Of a stretch of 32,846 nucleotides of DNA, positions 8,391-18,339 are shown piece by piece. Below the pieces are notes generated by a model, which saw only the letters and a list, made by a program, of their open reading frames with translations, was not told where the DNA came from and made no database searches. Within the stretch, counting starts at the first letter, position 1; every line of letters begins with the position of its first letter. Made by a program: the position numbers and the translations under genes. The stretch is from a virus (Duplodnaviria; Caudoviricetes). The stretch is taken from positions 1 to 32,846 of the IMG/VR virus record IMGVR_UViG_3300033508_000635; one strand, 5' to 3'.

Positions 8391-11300
8391 TTATATGTTT
8401 TCAAGTTTTTCGTAGGTCCTTCTTGTGTTTGCAGCAATCTGTGGTAAGTAATCAGTATTTTGTTTTATTTCCTTCATATATAACAGATTCTGCAAAGCGT
8501 AGTCAAGCATATCAGCTGAGTAATTAGCTATTTGTTGGTTCGATAATACTAACGCACCTAACCTACCGGCTATTATACTTCCCGTTTCCTCGGTAATAGC
8601 TTGCGTTATCTGACCCGCAACTGATTGTTTTTTATTCTCCATAGCATCAATTTCTTTTGCTGGGTCAGAAGTCGGTGACTCTCTGTTAAATGCACTATCA
8701 AATCCTAATTTGGAGGCTAATAAATCCGCATTTTTGTAAGCCTGCAAAATCAATGGTTGTACGGTATTCAAATCACCATAAAAATTCGACAAAGCTTGTA
8801 GAATACTTTCTTGTAATGTGGTCGAAGTTATATCACCTTGTGCATATTGGGTCCCTAAATTTTTGGTTACTTCGTTCAATTCATTTAGGTAAGGTTGAAG
8901 AAAAGTAAACTCCAATGCGTCCTGAGTAAATTGTTCAATCATATTACTAAACGATTCCTCGAGTCCTTTCATAGATAGGTCACCGGTTTCATACATCGTT
9001 CTAAATGCCTGACCAATTTCGTCAGCCATACCACCAAATATTGAACTGATATAGTCACCAAATTGACCGTAGGCTTCTTCTGCTTGTTCGGTTAATTGCA
9101 CCAGTGCAGTCAAACGTTCTTTGTCTGCGTCGGTCAAATCAGCTTCAGTCAGTACCACTTTTAAAAGCTCTGAATTTAACTTACCAGTAGCATCAATTAA
9201 TCCCGGGTATAGTTCTAATAATGAACTATATTTATCGGTTATTCCCACAAGACCTTCAAACCAATTTGCATTTTTAGTTCGTACTCCTATACTTCCTAAT
9301 CCTTGTACTAACTTATTATCTGAACTCTTTTGTGCATTTCGATAAATTTGGTTCAGGTCAATGGCATCCTCGATAAATTGACTACCAAAATCAGATTGTT
9401 GTGAGTTAATTTTCAATTGTAAGTCGGATTGGTATTCAAGTGCCAAATTATACGCCTCGAGTCCGGCGAGTGCAGTACCCCACTTATCGTTAGTAAATAA
9501 CTCATTACCTTCGGCATATAACCGATTTTGTTCTACTAATAACGAATTAATGGTATTTATTGATTTTTCCTGTCTTAGTAATGCAGTCAAACGGGCTTCT
9601 TCAATTGGTTTAAAGGTTTCATTTAGTGCACTAATAATCTGTAAAGCTGCCCCGATAGCTGCAAGTATTACCGACGCTTTTTCTGCCGCGGTTATTGCGG
9701 TTTTTATATTAGCTGCGGCACTCGACAAATTGACCATACCACTAACTGTTTCAGTGATACCGGTCAAAATAGCTTTAGTGGTAATATCTAAGTCAGAAAA
9801 ATTGTTGGTTATACTTTTGGTTAATTCGTTTACCTCGTTCAATAATTCAATTGTATTTTTCCAATTATTATTACCGTCGGTTTCTGATTTATTTATTTTG
9901 TCAAGTTCTTTTTTTAATTGTTTTATTTGTTCGGTCAGCATTAAAACGGTTTCGGGGGACATCGTTTTATTTGAGTCTAAACTTAATTCAAGTGCAGACA
10001 ATTCCTTTTGAAGTTCGACAGCTCCCTTCTTTATGATACCGGGAAGTATTTCCTCGACCCATACCTGATACTTTTTATTTTTGCGTAAAAATGACTCATC
10101 CAATTGCTCAAGTTCTTCGGCATATTGGGTTTTCAACATTTCCATTTCTGCAAACGCACCCGATTGACGCAACTTCAAATAAGCATCGGAATAATCTTTT
10201 GTTATTTTTGCGCGTTGTTGCGTATAGGTTGCGTACTTCTCAAGTAAAGCGTCCAGATTACTTTTATTTTCATTGTATAGGGCTTGTTCTGCTTTTGTTT
10301 TCTGAATTAATGCGTCTAAAGTTGCCGCGCTTAATTCTTTTTGAATAATCGTCCGGTCACTTATCGAAGTTTCTTTTTGTAAAATACTATTCAAATAATT
10401 AACGTAGGTTTTCCCCTTGTTTAAAAGGTCCTGGTATTCTTTTGTTATAATTGCTTTGCGTTCTTCAGAAAGTCCTTCAACCGCGCTATTATACTCCTGA
10501 TATTGGCGTTTAGCTTTTTCCAGAGTTTCCTCTATTTTCAAAGTTGGGGTACCCGGGGAAGTTCCTCCGCCTGATTCTGTAGTTGCATCACTTCCTAATG
10601 CGTTAATGGTATCGTTAGTACTTTTAATAACTTCTTTTTGTTTGAGTTGTAACGATTCCAGTGCAGCTTCTTGTCCTTTTATCTGACCCAGTATAAACTC
10701 TTCACCCTTTAATGAATAACGAGCAGGGTCCTTACGAAGGGCATCCAAACGCATAGTGGTGTTTAGTAATACGTCTTTGGCTAAAGTTTCTTGTTTTATT
10801 AATTCGACTAAGGTACTTTGTTGGGCTTCAAGTGCCAGTTTCTTTTTGATACCATTTAAAATGGAAGTATAAGCTTTGTCGATTTGTTCTAAAAACTTCT
10901 GTTCGTCATCTAAATTCTGCAAAGTGGTCCCGTAATTTTCGTTGATGACCTTAAGTAACCGACTGCGTTCTTCACTACCCGCGTTACTTAATTTTAATTG
11001 ATTCACATACGCGGTTAATTCAATTGTTTCAGTACCTAAGGTTGCAGCTGATTCGTTACGTATTTTATCAATATTAGTTAAAGTTTTTTCAGTTTCTTTT
11101 TGTTTATCAATAAAATCAGTAATTAATGGAATTGCTAAGGTCAGACCAGTCACTATTATACCAATAGGATTTGACATGAACGCAGCCTTTAACGCACGAA
11201 ATGACTTAACCATAGCATAATTGGTTGCAGTCATAGTCGTCCCACTTATATTATATAACCTTTGCAATTTAATTTCGGTCGCAAGTTGCATTGCTCGAAC

Positions 11301-12479
11301 TTTAGATAGCTGAGTCATTGCTATAACCGATACCTTATAAACTGCGAATGCTTCCCCTAAAGTGAGTAATACTTTTGCGTATTTTTCAATGTCACCCGAC
11401 TCAAAAGCTGCGTTTAATTTCTGAATTAATTCTGTTATAACCGAAGTTGCATCCGCACCCAGTGGTTCGAGTGCAGCCAATATGTTATTTTTTAATAATT
11501 TCATTTGGTGGGCGGTCGAGTCAACTACCTTTTGTGCAGCTTTTTCAGTCGCTCCCATTGCATTATTCATTGCTAATAAATCTTGTGCAGCCATTTGGGC
11601 GTTCTCACCTCCTAATGCAAGGACCGCGTTTACAGCTTCAATTCGACCCAACATTTTGGTCATTACATTGGTACTTCCGGCTGCCCGTTTATTGATTTCT
11701 TCAACTCCTTGTTGATAGGTCATGGTTTTAGCCCAACCGTCACCTAAAACTTCATTCATGGATACCAGTGACGCGGTAATTTGAGTCAAAGCTTCCGAAG
11801 TCGGAGTACCTTGTTTGGTCATGGTTGCGACTGCCGCAGAAACTTCCTCAAATGATACACCCATTGTTGCAGCTATCGGGGCCACTTTCGCTATATTATT
11901 AGCATATTGGTCGAATGTCGTTTTACCGAGTTCGACCGTTTTAAAAAATACATCTGATACTTGAGTGGTTTCGGAAACATCTTTTTTCCATGCATTCAAT
12001 ACCGTGGTCAGACCATCACCGGCTACCTTTGCGTCGATAAACCCAGCGGTTGCGGCTACTGCCGCAGCTTCAACCACTATTAACCCGCGTTCTGCGTCAT
12101 AACCAGCCGACGCAATATCGTAATAAGCTTTGGTTAATTCGACAGCTCCCTGACTTGCGGTTAATTCGCTGGTACTCATTGCTATTAAAGTGGTTTTATA
12201 CTCTTCCATGTTATTAGTCACCACTTCACTTATCGTTGAAATTTCGGTCAGCGCGGTATTCAAATCTTTACTAAAAGTGAATAATTCTTTACCCGCCATA
12301 CTTAATGCACCTAAAGTACCAATGGCACCTATAGTGGTCCCAATTTCTTTAAATACAGAATCAATATCTTTACCTTTATTTTGGGCATTTCGATTGAATG
12401 CATTCAACGCGGCGTTCATTTTAGCGAGGTCCCGGTTGAATCCATCGTTTATACCACTGTCAAAAAATAATCCGGCCAT
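8391..12479 (-). CDS. Tape measure protein (TP901-family core)
   Basis: 1362 aa, helical and Ala-rich, with a DVFFKTVELGKTTF core. Follows the tail chaperones. Confidence 0.95.
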   Translation of the reverse strand: MAGLFFDSGINDGFNRDLAKMNAALNAFNRNAQNKGKDIDSVFKEIGTTIGAIGTLGALSMAGKELFTFSKDLNTALTEISTISEVVTNNMEEYKTTLIAMSTSELTASQGAVELTKAYYDIASAGYDAERGLIVVEAAAVAATAGFIDAKVAGDGLTTVLNAWKKDVSETTQVSDVFFKTVELGKTTFDQYANNIAKVAPIAATMGVSFEEVSAAVATMTKQGTPTSEALTQITASLVSMNEVLGDGWAKTMTYQQGVEEINKRAAGSTNVMTKMLGRIEAVNAVLALGGENAQMAAQDLLAMNNAMGATEKAAQKVVDSTAHQMKLLKNNILAALEPLGADATSVITELIQKLNAAFESGDIEKYAKVLLTLGEAFAVYKVSVIAMTQLSKVRAMQLATEIKLQRLYNISGTTMTATNYAMVKSFRALKAAFMSNPIGIIVTGLTLAIPLITDFIDKQKETEKTLTNIDKIRNESAATLGTETIELTAYVNQLKLSNAGSEERSRLLKVINENYGTTLQNLDDEQKFLEQIDKAYTSILNGIKKKLALEAQQSTLVELIKQETLAKDVLLNTTMRLDALRKDPARYSLKGEEFILGQIKGQEAALESLQLKQKEVIKSTNDTINALGSDATTESGGGTSPGTPTLKIEETLEKAKRQYQEYNSAVEGLSEERKAIITKEYQDLLNKGKTYVNYLNSILQKETSISDRTIIQKELSAATLDALIQKTKAEQALYNENKSNLDALLEKYATYTQQRAKITKDYSDAYLKLRQSGAFAEMEMLKTQYAEELEQLDESFLRKNKKYQVWVEEILPGIIKKGAVELQKELSALELSLDSNKTMSPETVLMLTEQIKQLKKELDKINKSETDGNNNWKNTIELLNEVNELTKSITNNFSDLDITTKAILTGITETVSGMVNLSSAAANIKTAITAAEKASVILAAIGAALQIISALNETFKPIEEARLTALLRQEKSINTINSLLVEQNRLYAEGNELFTNDKWGTALAGLEAYNLALEYQSDLQLKINSQQSDFGSQFIEDAIDLNQIYRNAQKSSDNKLVQGLGSIGVRTKNANWFEGLVGITDKYSSLLELYPGLIDATGKLNSELLKVVLTEADLTDADKERLTALVQLTEQAEEAYGQFGDYISSIFGGMADEIGQAFRTMYETGDLSMKGLEESFSNMIEQFTQDALEFTFLQPYLNELNEVTKNLGTQYAQGDITSTTLQESILQALSNFYGDLNTVQPLILQAYKNADLLASKLGFDSAFNRESPTSDPAKEIDAMENKKQSVAGQITQAITEETGSIIAGRLGALVLSNQQIANYSADMLDYALQNLLYMKEIKQNTDYLPQIAANTRRTYEKLENI

Positions 12480-12485
12480 AGTATT

Positions 12486-12761
12486 TTATCTTAGTGCGGC
12501 AATAACCGCGTTTATTTCGTCGTCTGCTGTTTTTGGGGTATTTACCTTCGGTTTAGTTGCTTTTTCTTTTTTCGAACTATAATCTATACTTGGAGCATCT
12601 AACATCCCCAAAACGAATTGTATATAGGGTAATTTCAAAATCTGTGCAGGAGTCATACCTGTTTTTTCCTGATATTGAAAAATACGACCTATTATTGTTT
12701 TACCTCCCTTAACAAGGTATGGTCCTTCTTCGTGATTAAATTCCAATAAGTGAAAAAAAAA
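12486..12761 (-). CDS. C-terminal part of frameshifted tail assembly chaperone (lambda gpGT equivalent)
   Basis: Open -1 frame overlapping the upstream chaperone, entered at a T9 run. Predicted fusion 212 aa. Confidence 0.7.
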   Translation of the reverse strand, partial: FFFHLLEFNHEEGPYLVKGGKTIIGRIFQYQEKTGMTPAQILKLPYIQFVLGMLDAPSIDYSSKKEKATKPKVNTPKTADDEINAVIAALR

Positions 12762-13123
12762 GCGGGTTCGTTTAAAGATTGAATAACTAAAAATAAATTC
12801 AAAATTTGTGCGTGGCTGCACTCTTTTATTTTTCGTTTCAATAGAAAATAAAAAAACCAACTAAAAGCTCGACCATTTAATAATCCGGTCAAAATATAAT
12901 CGTCCATTAATGGTTTTATTTTAGCCATTAACTCTGGGTCAGTGAAGTCAGATACTTTTGGTTCTGATTCTGTCAAAGCATCTATTTGGGCACGTATCTT
13001 GGCCAATTTAATATGAGTACCGGTAGTAATGAATTTAAGGTAAAAGGGAAAAATCCCTAATACCTTAAATCCTTGCAACTGCTTTGATGTTCCGGTAACA
13101 ATATCAGCTATTTGTTCCTTCAT
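12692..13123 (-). CDS. Tail assembly chaperone (gpG equivalent)
   Basis: Lies between tail tube and TMP genes and contains a slippery site. Confidence 0.75.
   Translation of the reverse strand: MKEQIADIVTGTSKQLQGFKVLGIFPFYLKFITTGTHIKLAKIRAQIDALTESEPKVSDFTDPELMAKIKPLMDDYILTGLLNGRAFSWFFYFLLKRKIKECSHAQILNLFLVIQSLNEPAFFFTYWNLITKKDHTLLREVKQ
12753..12761 (-). other. -1 programmed ribosomal frameshift site
   Basis: GCT TTT TTT TTC in frame 0 becomes CGC TTT TTT TTT CAC in the -1 frame; fits X XXY YYZ. Confidence 0.7.
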
Positions 13124-13136
13124 ATCTACGTAATAA

Positions 13137-13901
13137 TTAGACAGCTACAGTTACAGTTACGGTCCAATCTTGTGAAGTACCATCCGCAGACTCAACCGAA
13201 TAAGTTTTCGGAGTACTGAAGTTCTGAGCTACTCCACTATTCGGTTCGATTGACGCACCTAAACTAACACCGATAGTCGGTGCTAAGGCGGTTACCACTG
13301 TTCCTGCAAGTACCGTAATAGCTACCGTATGATTGACGGTGCTAATAGTTGCAGCGCCACTTTGTGCAGCCAAAGCAAACGAAATAATATCATTTGCACT
13401 TGGTAACTTCAATAAATCGTAACCATATGAAGTAACACCGACTTTTGAAGGTTGCAACACCACACCATTTATTTGGTGATAATGTAAGTCGTCATCGTTG
13501 ACCATCGGATACCCGTCGAAAGCTACGCGAGGCATACGAAATACCACATTTTTGTCGGTCAAAAATTTAACAGACAATTCAACACTTTGGTTTTCGTTTT
13601 CGGGTGCGTCGTAACTATCAGCATCCGCAGTCGAGGTCGTAACACCACCGGTAAATAATGCAACCACTTCGGGATTCAAGTCCGCCAATTGGAAGACTAC
13701 TGTTTTGTCGCCTTTCATTACAGCCGACTCTAAAACAGCTCCTAAAATATTCTTGTAATTACTTACATCGGCATCACTTCCGTTAAATTGCACGGTAGCC
13801 TCACGAGTGCCCAGTTCAACATTAACCCAATTTGAACCGATACCACCGTCGGCAGCTATCGACGAAACCCATAATTTTTTGATTTTAATGGATGTTTTCA
13901 T
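13137..13901 (-). CDS. Major tail tube protein with C-terminal Ig-like (DUF5018-like) domain
   Basis: Position in the operon. C-terminus SANDIISF...LAPTIGVSLGASIEP...NFSTPKTYSVESADGTSQDWTVTV. Confidence 0.8.
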   Translation of the reverse strand: MKTSIKIKKLWVSSIAADGGIGSNWVNVELGTREATVQFNGSDADVSNYKNILGAVLESAVMKGDKTVVFQLADLNPEVVALFTGGVTTSTADADSYDAPENENQSVELSVKFLTDKNVVFRMPRVAFDGYPMVNDDDLHYHQINGVVLQPSKVGVTSYGYDLLKLPSANDIISFALAAQSGAATISTVNHTVAITVLAGTVVTALAPTIGVSLGASIEPNSGVAQNFSTPKTYSVESADGTSQDWTVTVTVAV

Positions 13902-13907
13902 GGAAAA

Positions 13908-14306
13908 TTAGTGATTTTTAAAATTTAATTTCAATATACAATAATGTTCGTTCGTTTCATTCACCGGTTCCGAATAGATTTCCCGGCTTTTTATATCAAA
14001 CACAATAAAATTTTGAACAAGTAACTTATTCGATAAATTAAACAGAATGGTTTCAAAGACTGCCGATTTTTCGGTGTCTTCAAAATAAGTATTTTCGCTG
14101 AGTACATCCTTGTAAAATATTTTGATATAAACCGCACCGTTTTGCACAAACTTTGCAGTGAATCCATTTATAATACTGATAACGCAGTCCTCAACCTGAC
14201 TCGATACCGGGCGCACTTTCTTATATACATTACCGGTAATTTCCGATTGTATTTCGGTCTTGGTTAGATTCCAAATATAAGTCAGCAAAGTACTATACCG
14301 TTCCAT
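13908..14306 (-). CDS. Tail terminator-like protein
   Basis: 132 aa immediately before the tail tube gene; ITGNVYKKVRP motif. Confidence 0.55.
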   Translation of the reverse strand: MERYSTLLTYIWNLTKTEIQSEITGNVYKKVRPVSSQVEDCVISIINGFTAKFVQNGAVYIKIFYKDVLSENTYFEDTEKSAVFETILFNLSNKLLVQNFIVFDIKSREIYSEPVNETNEHYCILKLNFKNH

Positions 14307-14742
14307 TTATTTTTCGTTTTAGATTATCCAAAATTCCAGGCAAGTCTTGTTGCATTTTAAGTTCGGTTTTCTTCAGTACATTCAAGTTATGGTAATTTTC
14401 AACATAAGTTGCATATTCCATACCAGCTACCAAAATAATCACATACCCCTTGGGATAGTTCGAAAGTAAGCTATTAATAAAAGCTGTTCCTGTGGTTGGT
14501 CCATCAATACCATTACCTTCAAAACCTGCGTAACTAATTGGTTTGCCATTCTTTAAAACAACACCACCAATGGAGCTTTTTAGATTTGAAGTTTGGTCCT
14601 CATATTCTGCACTCAACTTTGCGTGATTTTGCAACTCAGCCACATAAGCTTCAAGTCGGTATATTAACGCGGCTTCAATCCGCGGGAACATTAACCGCAA
14701 GTAATTAGTTATAACATCTTTATTTCGAAGCTGTAAACTCAT
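14293..14742 (-). CDS. Neck/tail completion protein (HK97 gp10-like)
   Basis: DQTSNLKSSIG and VAGMEYATYVE motifs. Confidence 0.7.
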   Translation of the reverse strand: MSLQLRNKDVITNYLRLMFPRIEAALIYRLEAYVAELQNHAKLSAEYEDQTSNLKSSIGGVVLKNGKPISYAGFEGNGIDGPTTGTAFINSLLSNYPKGYVIILVAGMEYATYVENYHNLNVLKKTELKMQQDLPGILDNLKRKINGTV

Positions 14743-15068
14743 ACTATTATTTTTATTCGCTTACTTAAAGTTAATACTCTGATTTCTTGTATTTGAAAGA
14801 TTCCTACGTCAATACCAGCCGTATTAGTAATTTGCACCGATTTAATAGTGGTGAAATCTAAAGTAGGGGAATCAACGAAATCTACCATAATGTGGTATTT
14901 TTGCGTTAAGTACTGGTCGTTATTCACTTTCGTATAATTATGGTTAATTACTTTTAAATTAACCGGGACGTCTAAGGAAAACGAAAGTACCGGCGCTTTT
15001 ATATCACCATCGGTGGTAAAGCCTCCCGGTACCTCGCTACCATACTTAATAAACCCATTTCTAACCAT
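14739..15068 (-). CDS. Head closure / stopper-like protein
   Basis: Position in the neck cluster. Likely start MVRNG at 15068, overlapping the upstream stop. Confidence 0.5.
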   Translation of the reverse strand: MVRNGFIKYGSEVPGGFTTDGDIKAPVLSFSLDVPVNLKVINHNYTKVNNDQYLTQKYHIMVDFVDSPTLDFTTIKSVQITNTAGIDVGIFQIQEIRVLTLSKRIKIIV

Positions 15069-15387
15069 AATTTTCACCGGTATAACCGAAGGTTCGAACA
15101 TTCAACTTTGAGTCACCATACTTGGCGTAAATAGCATTTCCTTTAGCTATCAACTCTTCTTTAATACCTACCCCTAAATTGAACGATACCTCTTGTTCAC
15201 TGAAATTATGTGCAGTAGCTACCCATATATACAAATCAGCTTGTGCTAACTCGAACTCTTGGGTTATGCTTATTGCTTTCGTATAATCAGCTGAGTCAAT
15301 CAAATCACGGTCCAAAAGAATACGAGCTATCGTATTCTCAGGAACCGGATAAGGGGTTAAGCTAAGTAAAGCTGCCGCTATATTCAT
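15061..15387 (-). CDS. Head-tail adaptor
   Basis: 108-aa helical protein directly after the capsid gene. Confidence 0.6.
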   Translation of the reverse strand: MNIAAALLSLTPYPVPENTIARILLDRDLIDSADYTKAISITQEFELAQADLYIWVATAHNFSEQEVSFNLGVGIKEELIAKGNAIYAKYGDSKLNVRTFGYTGENYG

Positions 15388-15388
15388 A

Positions 15389-16480
15389 TTACCACGCTAC
15401 TGCGTTAACTTTTAGGTAGAAGTTATCGGCGTAGGTATCAATAACCGGCATACCTTGGAATTTAACCAAAGTTTTTTCCAAGTCAGGGTCAGACTGGTAC
15501 AAACGTTCAATTCTGTAGAAGTCTTCGGCACTGGTAATAGTTCCCGGTACTGAAGTCAACATAGAATATTGGAACGAACCAACCCGTGAAGTAGTAGTGA
15601 ATACTGCAACACCATCGGCAAAAGGATTACTTGTCACAATTGAACCGTCGAAGTCTTCACGACTTACCAACTCGTCAATAACTTCAAATTGCAACATACT
15701 ATTATCAAAATAGGTTTGCAACATGTTATTAACTACAGCTATAGTCGGTACTCCTTGCAAGTTCAACGCATTCTGAATATACGTAGCACATAATTTTTGC
15801 ACCTGCGTATTATTCTGAACATGTTTAAACCAAGTACGGTTGATTTTGATTTTAGTCAAAATTTTACCATAGGTTTTAGCGGTCTCAACTACCGACTCGA
15901 TGTCGTCAATAATTAAAGAAGCTGCATTGTCCCAACTGGTCGCAACATTATTTTTCTGCCAAGCAGCTATCGGGTACGATAAGTTCTTTAAACCGGCTAA
16001 ATAAGGAGAATTACCTGCTACTATACCCAAATTACAAGCAGATGATAATAAAGCCCACGATAAATAATTAGCTTGCGCTAACGCGGCAGTTCGTACAAAT
16101 TGAACATCGTCCAAAATCCAATTAAGGATTTGATTCCATTGGTCAGGTGATGTAAATTGTGAACTTTTGTTCTGCAACTGCAAGTAGTATTCAATTTCGC
16201 GTTCGTCTTTAATACGACCGGTTTTAAATACTCCAAAACCACCACTTATGGTTTCAACCCCTTGACGGGATTTAATCGGAGCAGAAGAACCCAAAGCTAC
16301 AGAATCCGCGGCTACGTTTACTGCTGAACTTTGGTTAGTTAAGGTTTTCCATGAGTCACCAAATACCTGAATTGTTGGGAAATACGGTTTCCAATTCATT
16401 ACCGGTGCAGGAAACTTTTTCAATATAGCATCCATTTCGGCTTGGCCAATACCTGATGCTAATTTTAATGGTCTTTGCAT
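15389..16480 (-). CDS. Major capsid protein (lambda gpE-like)
   Basis: 363 aa after scaffold and decoration genes. AADSVALGSSAPIKSR and WDNAASLIIDDI motifs. Confidence 0.85.
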   Translation of the reverse strand: MQRPLKLASGIGQAEMDAILKKFPAPVMNWKPYFPTIQVFGDSWKTLTNQSSAVNVAADSVALGSSAPIKSRQGVETISGGFGVFKTGRIKDEREIEYYLQLQNKSSQFTSPDQWNQILNWILDDVQFVRTAALAQANYLSWALLSSACNLGIVAGNSPYLAGLKNLSYPIAAWQKNNVATSWDNAASLIIDDIESVVETAKTYGKILTKIKINRTWFKHVQNNTQVQKLCATYIQNALNLQGVPTIAVVNNMLQTYFDNSMLQFEVIDELVSREDFDGSIVTSNPFADGVAVFTTTSRVGSFQYSMLTSVPGTITSAEDFYRIERLYQSDPDLEKTLVKFQGMPVIDTYADNFYLKVNAVAW

Positions 16481-16500
16481 AGTTATGTTTTATTATTCGA

Positions 16501-17079
16501 TTAATAACTTACTTCGTCGATGTTTTTAAGTACAGCCAAATAAGCTGAACCAATAACACCACTTCTGATACTACAGGCTACGATAGCCGGTATTGCTTCA
16601 AGGACTTTGCTTTGGTCTACAGTAAACGCAGTGGCTGCAACGCATACCGGTACATTTTTGAATGCGGAGGTATTACTTGCGGCTTCGGCTGCCATTTCAT
16701 AAATAAAAGCACCTACAGTTACTGCGTCGATGGCAGTACCTACGGTTAGAGTGTCGAGAGTACCGTCAGTAGTTATACCGGTTATTGCATAAGCTTTGCC
16801 GGCTTCTTTTACTCCGATAAAATCACCTACTTTAAAATGATGTTCACCGGTTGGTACTTTAACTGCAGTAGTCGTCGAACCGGTTTTAATAACCGCTTGC
16901 TTACATACTGAGCGAATACCCGCAGTGGGAGCAGATAAAGGCGTTCCTTGTTGAACCACACCACCATTTACTAAGGTGGATAGTTTTATGGAAGCTCCTC
17001 CGGGAATGTCACGTGAACGTTCAATATTAATTATATTGATTTTTACGTTCACATCTTTGGTCACTGAAATTTCCTTCAT
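16501..17079 (-). CDS. Head decoration protein
   Basis: Between scaffold and capsid genes. DIPGGASI...QGTPL...HHFKVGD, beta-rich. Confidence 0.65.
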   Translation of the reverse strand: MKEISVTKDVNVKINIINIERSRDIPGGASIKLSTLVNGGVVQQGTPLSAPTAGIRSVCKQAVIKTGSTTTAVKVPTGEHHFKVGDFIGVKEAGKAYAITGITTDGTLDTLTVGTAIDAVTVGAFIYEMAAEAASNTSAFKNVPVCVAATAFTVDQSKVLEAIPAIVACSIRSGVIGSAYLAVLKNIDEVSY

Positions 17080-17097
17080 GTGTAGTTTAAATTAAAA

Positions 17098-17739
17098 TTA
17101 TTTACTTGGGATACTTGGTGCAGTTGCGTCCAAAGCTTTTTGAAACATTGGACTAATTGCATCCGGTGAAGGCGGTAAAGCTGCACCACCGGGAGGGGTC
17201 ATTACAATCCCTGATTCCTTTACAGCCTGAATAGTTGCGTCGGTTTGCGTTTTCAATACTTGCGTATATTCTGCAAACTCTTCGTCGGTTTCAAATTTCA
17301 TTTTACTAAACGAAGTCGTAACTGTATCAGAATACCACTTAGGAGCTTGACCCAATACTTTTTGTACCTGAGCTAAGCGAATATCGTTAATTTTGTTACC
17401 TTGTAAAACTTGCATCGCTGCGTTAAGCTGCTTGTTTTGTTCGAGTAACTGTTTTGCCCAGTCGGGCATATCATTTGGCGTAGTCGGTGGTGTTGGAGGC
17501 GTATTCTGATTATTCGCAGGCGGCGTGGTTTCTTTTACTGCTTTAATTGCAGTGGCGGTGTGATGGTTAATATTACCGTCAATCGACGCAAGCATTGGCG
17601 TAAAATCAAATTTTTCCAGTGCAGCATCGTCGGTTATTACTGATTCCAGGCTTCGTGCAACATCTGTCAAAGTGCGGTCCGAAACATTCGACTTATCCCC
17701 TTTTTGGGATTTAATTTTTTGTAAGATTTTTTCAAACAT
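17098..17739 (-). CDS. Capsid scaffolding protein
   Basis: Pro-rich linker, DMPDWAK and a coiled coil. No prohead protease gene seen. Confidence 0.7.
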   Translation of the reverse strand: MFEKILQKIKSQKGDKSNVSDRTLTDVARSLESVITDDAALEKFDFTPMLASIDGNINHHTATAIKAVKETTPPANNQNTPPTPPTTPNDMPDWAKQLLEQNKQLNAAMQVLQGNKINDIRLAQVQKVLGQAPKWYSDTVTTSFSKMKFETDEEFAEYTQVLKTQTDATIQAVKESGIVMTPPGGAALPPSPDAISPMFQKALDATAPSIPSK

Positions 17740-17790
17740 GGTGTTTTCTTTTTTGATTACTACCGTAAAATTAGGTATATTTAGTCAAGT

Positions 17791-17841
17791 AATACTAATT
17801 AGCAATGAGTCAATACTAATTATACTACGAAGTAGTATAAT
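17791..17841. repeat. Direct repeat AATACTAATTA x2 plus a 10-bp hairpin with GAA loop
   Basis: Repeats at 17791-17801 and 17812-17822; hairpin ATTATACTAC-GAA-GTAGTATAAT at 17819-17841. Confidence 0.7.
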
Positions 17842-17907
17842 ATAGCAAATTTTATTTACTTAAGTTTCAGGTACTTATGAACTTTTTAAAAAAATGTTAA
17901 AAATTTT

Positions 17908-17981
17908 TTAAACTTTTCTTTAAAAATGTTTGGACTGAATTATATTAGTGCGCTATCTTTGGTGCATTAATAACAACTAAA
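17908..17981 (+). promoter_or_regulatory. Bacteroidota-type promoter cassette, copy A
   Basis: TTTG (17929-17932), 21-nt spacer, TATCTTTG (17954-17961). Near-identical copy at 25496-25571. Confidence 0.85.
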
Positions 17982-17992
17982 AATTTTGACTT

Positions 17993-18277
17993 ATGAAAAC
18001 AACTTACAATCAAATCAAAAAAGCACTCGACACTTTACATTCTCCTGAAGTTATTGCACTTATTGAAAATAATCTACCACTCAATACTGATGTATGCGTG
18101 GAGGATTTAATTGACACTATATCTGAACAAATGCCTAAACTTAAAATAAGGGTGATAATGAGAACCATCAAATTTCAATTAGGATGTGGTGGTTTATGTC
18201 GCACTGCATTGCAACGCGGTTGGTCCATTTCCTATTATAATCGTATGGGTTTTGCATATTATAAACGCACCAATTAA
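17993..18277 (+). CDS. Hypothetical 94-aa protein (moron)
   Basis: ATG directly behind promoter A and followed by a terminator. Confidence 0.75.
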   Translation: MKTTYNQIKKALDTLHSPEVIALIENNLPLNTDVCVEDLIDTISEQMPKLKIRVIMRTIKFQLGCGGLCRTALQRGWSISYYNRMGFAYYKRTN

Positions 18278-18291
18278 TTAAACCAAAAAAT

Positions 18292-18315
18292 AAAAGGTCC
18301 TCCGGGACCTTTTTT
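18292..18315 (+). terminator. Intrinsic terminator (probably bidirectional)
   Basis: AAAAGGTCC-TCCG-GGACCTTTTTT. Confidence 0.8.
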
Positions 18316-18339
18316 ATTAATCAGATAAAATTTAATACC

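Noticed and set aside
1495-12582. Many + strand ORFs in the track opposite tail genes (e.g. 1495-1905, 5836-6198, 9550-10011, 12190-12582)
   Set aside because: Antisense shadows of long, motif-bearing - strand genes. No promoters or recognisable protein features.
17740-17992. CRISPR mini-array or tRNA in the intergenic regions
   Set aside because: Repeats are too short and not regularly interspaced with spacers. No cloverleaf or T-loop motif seen.
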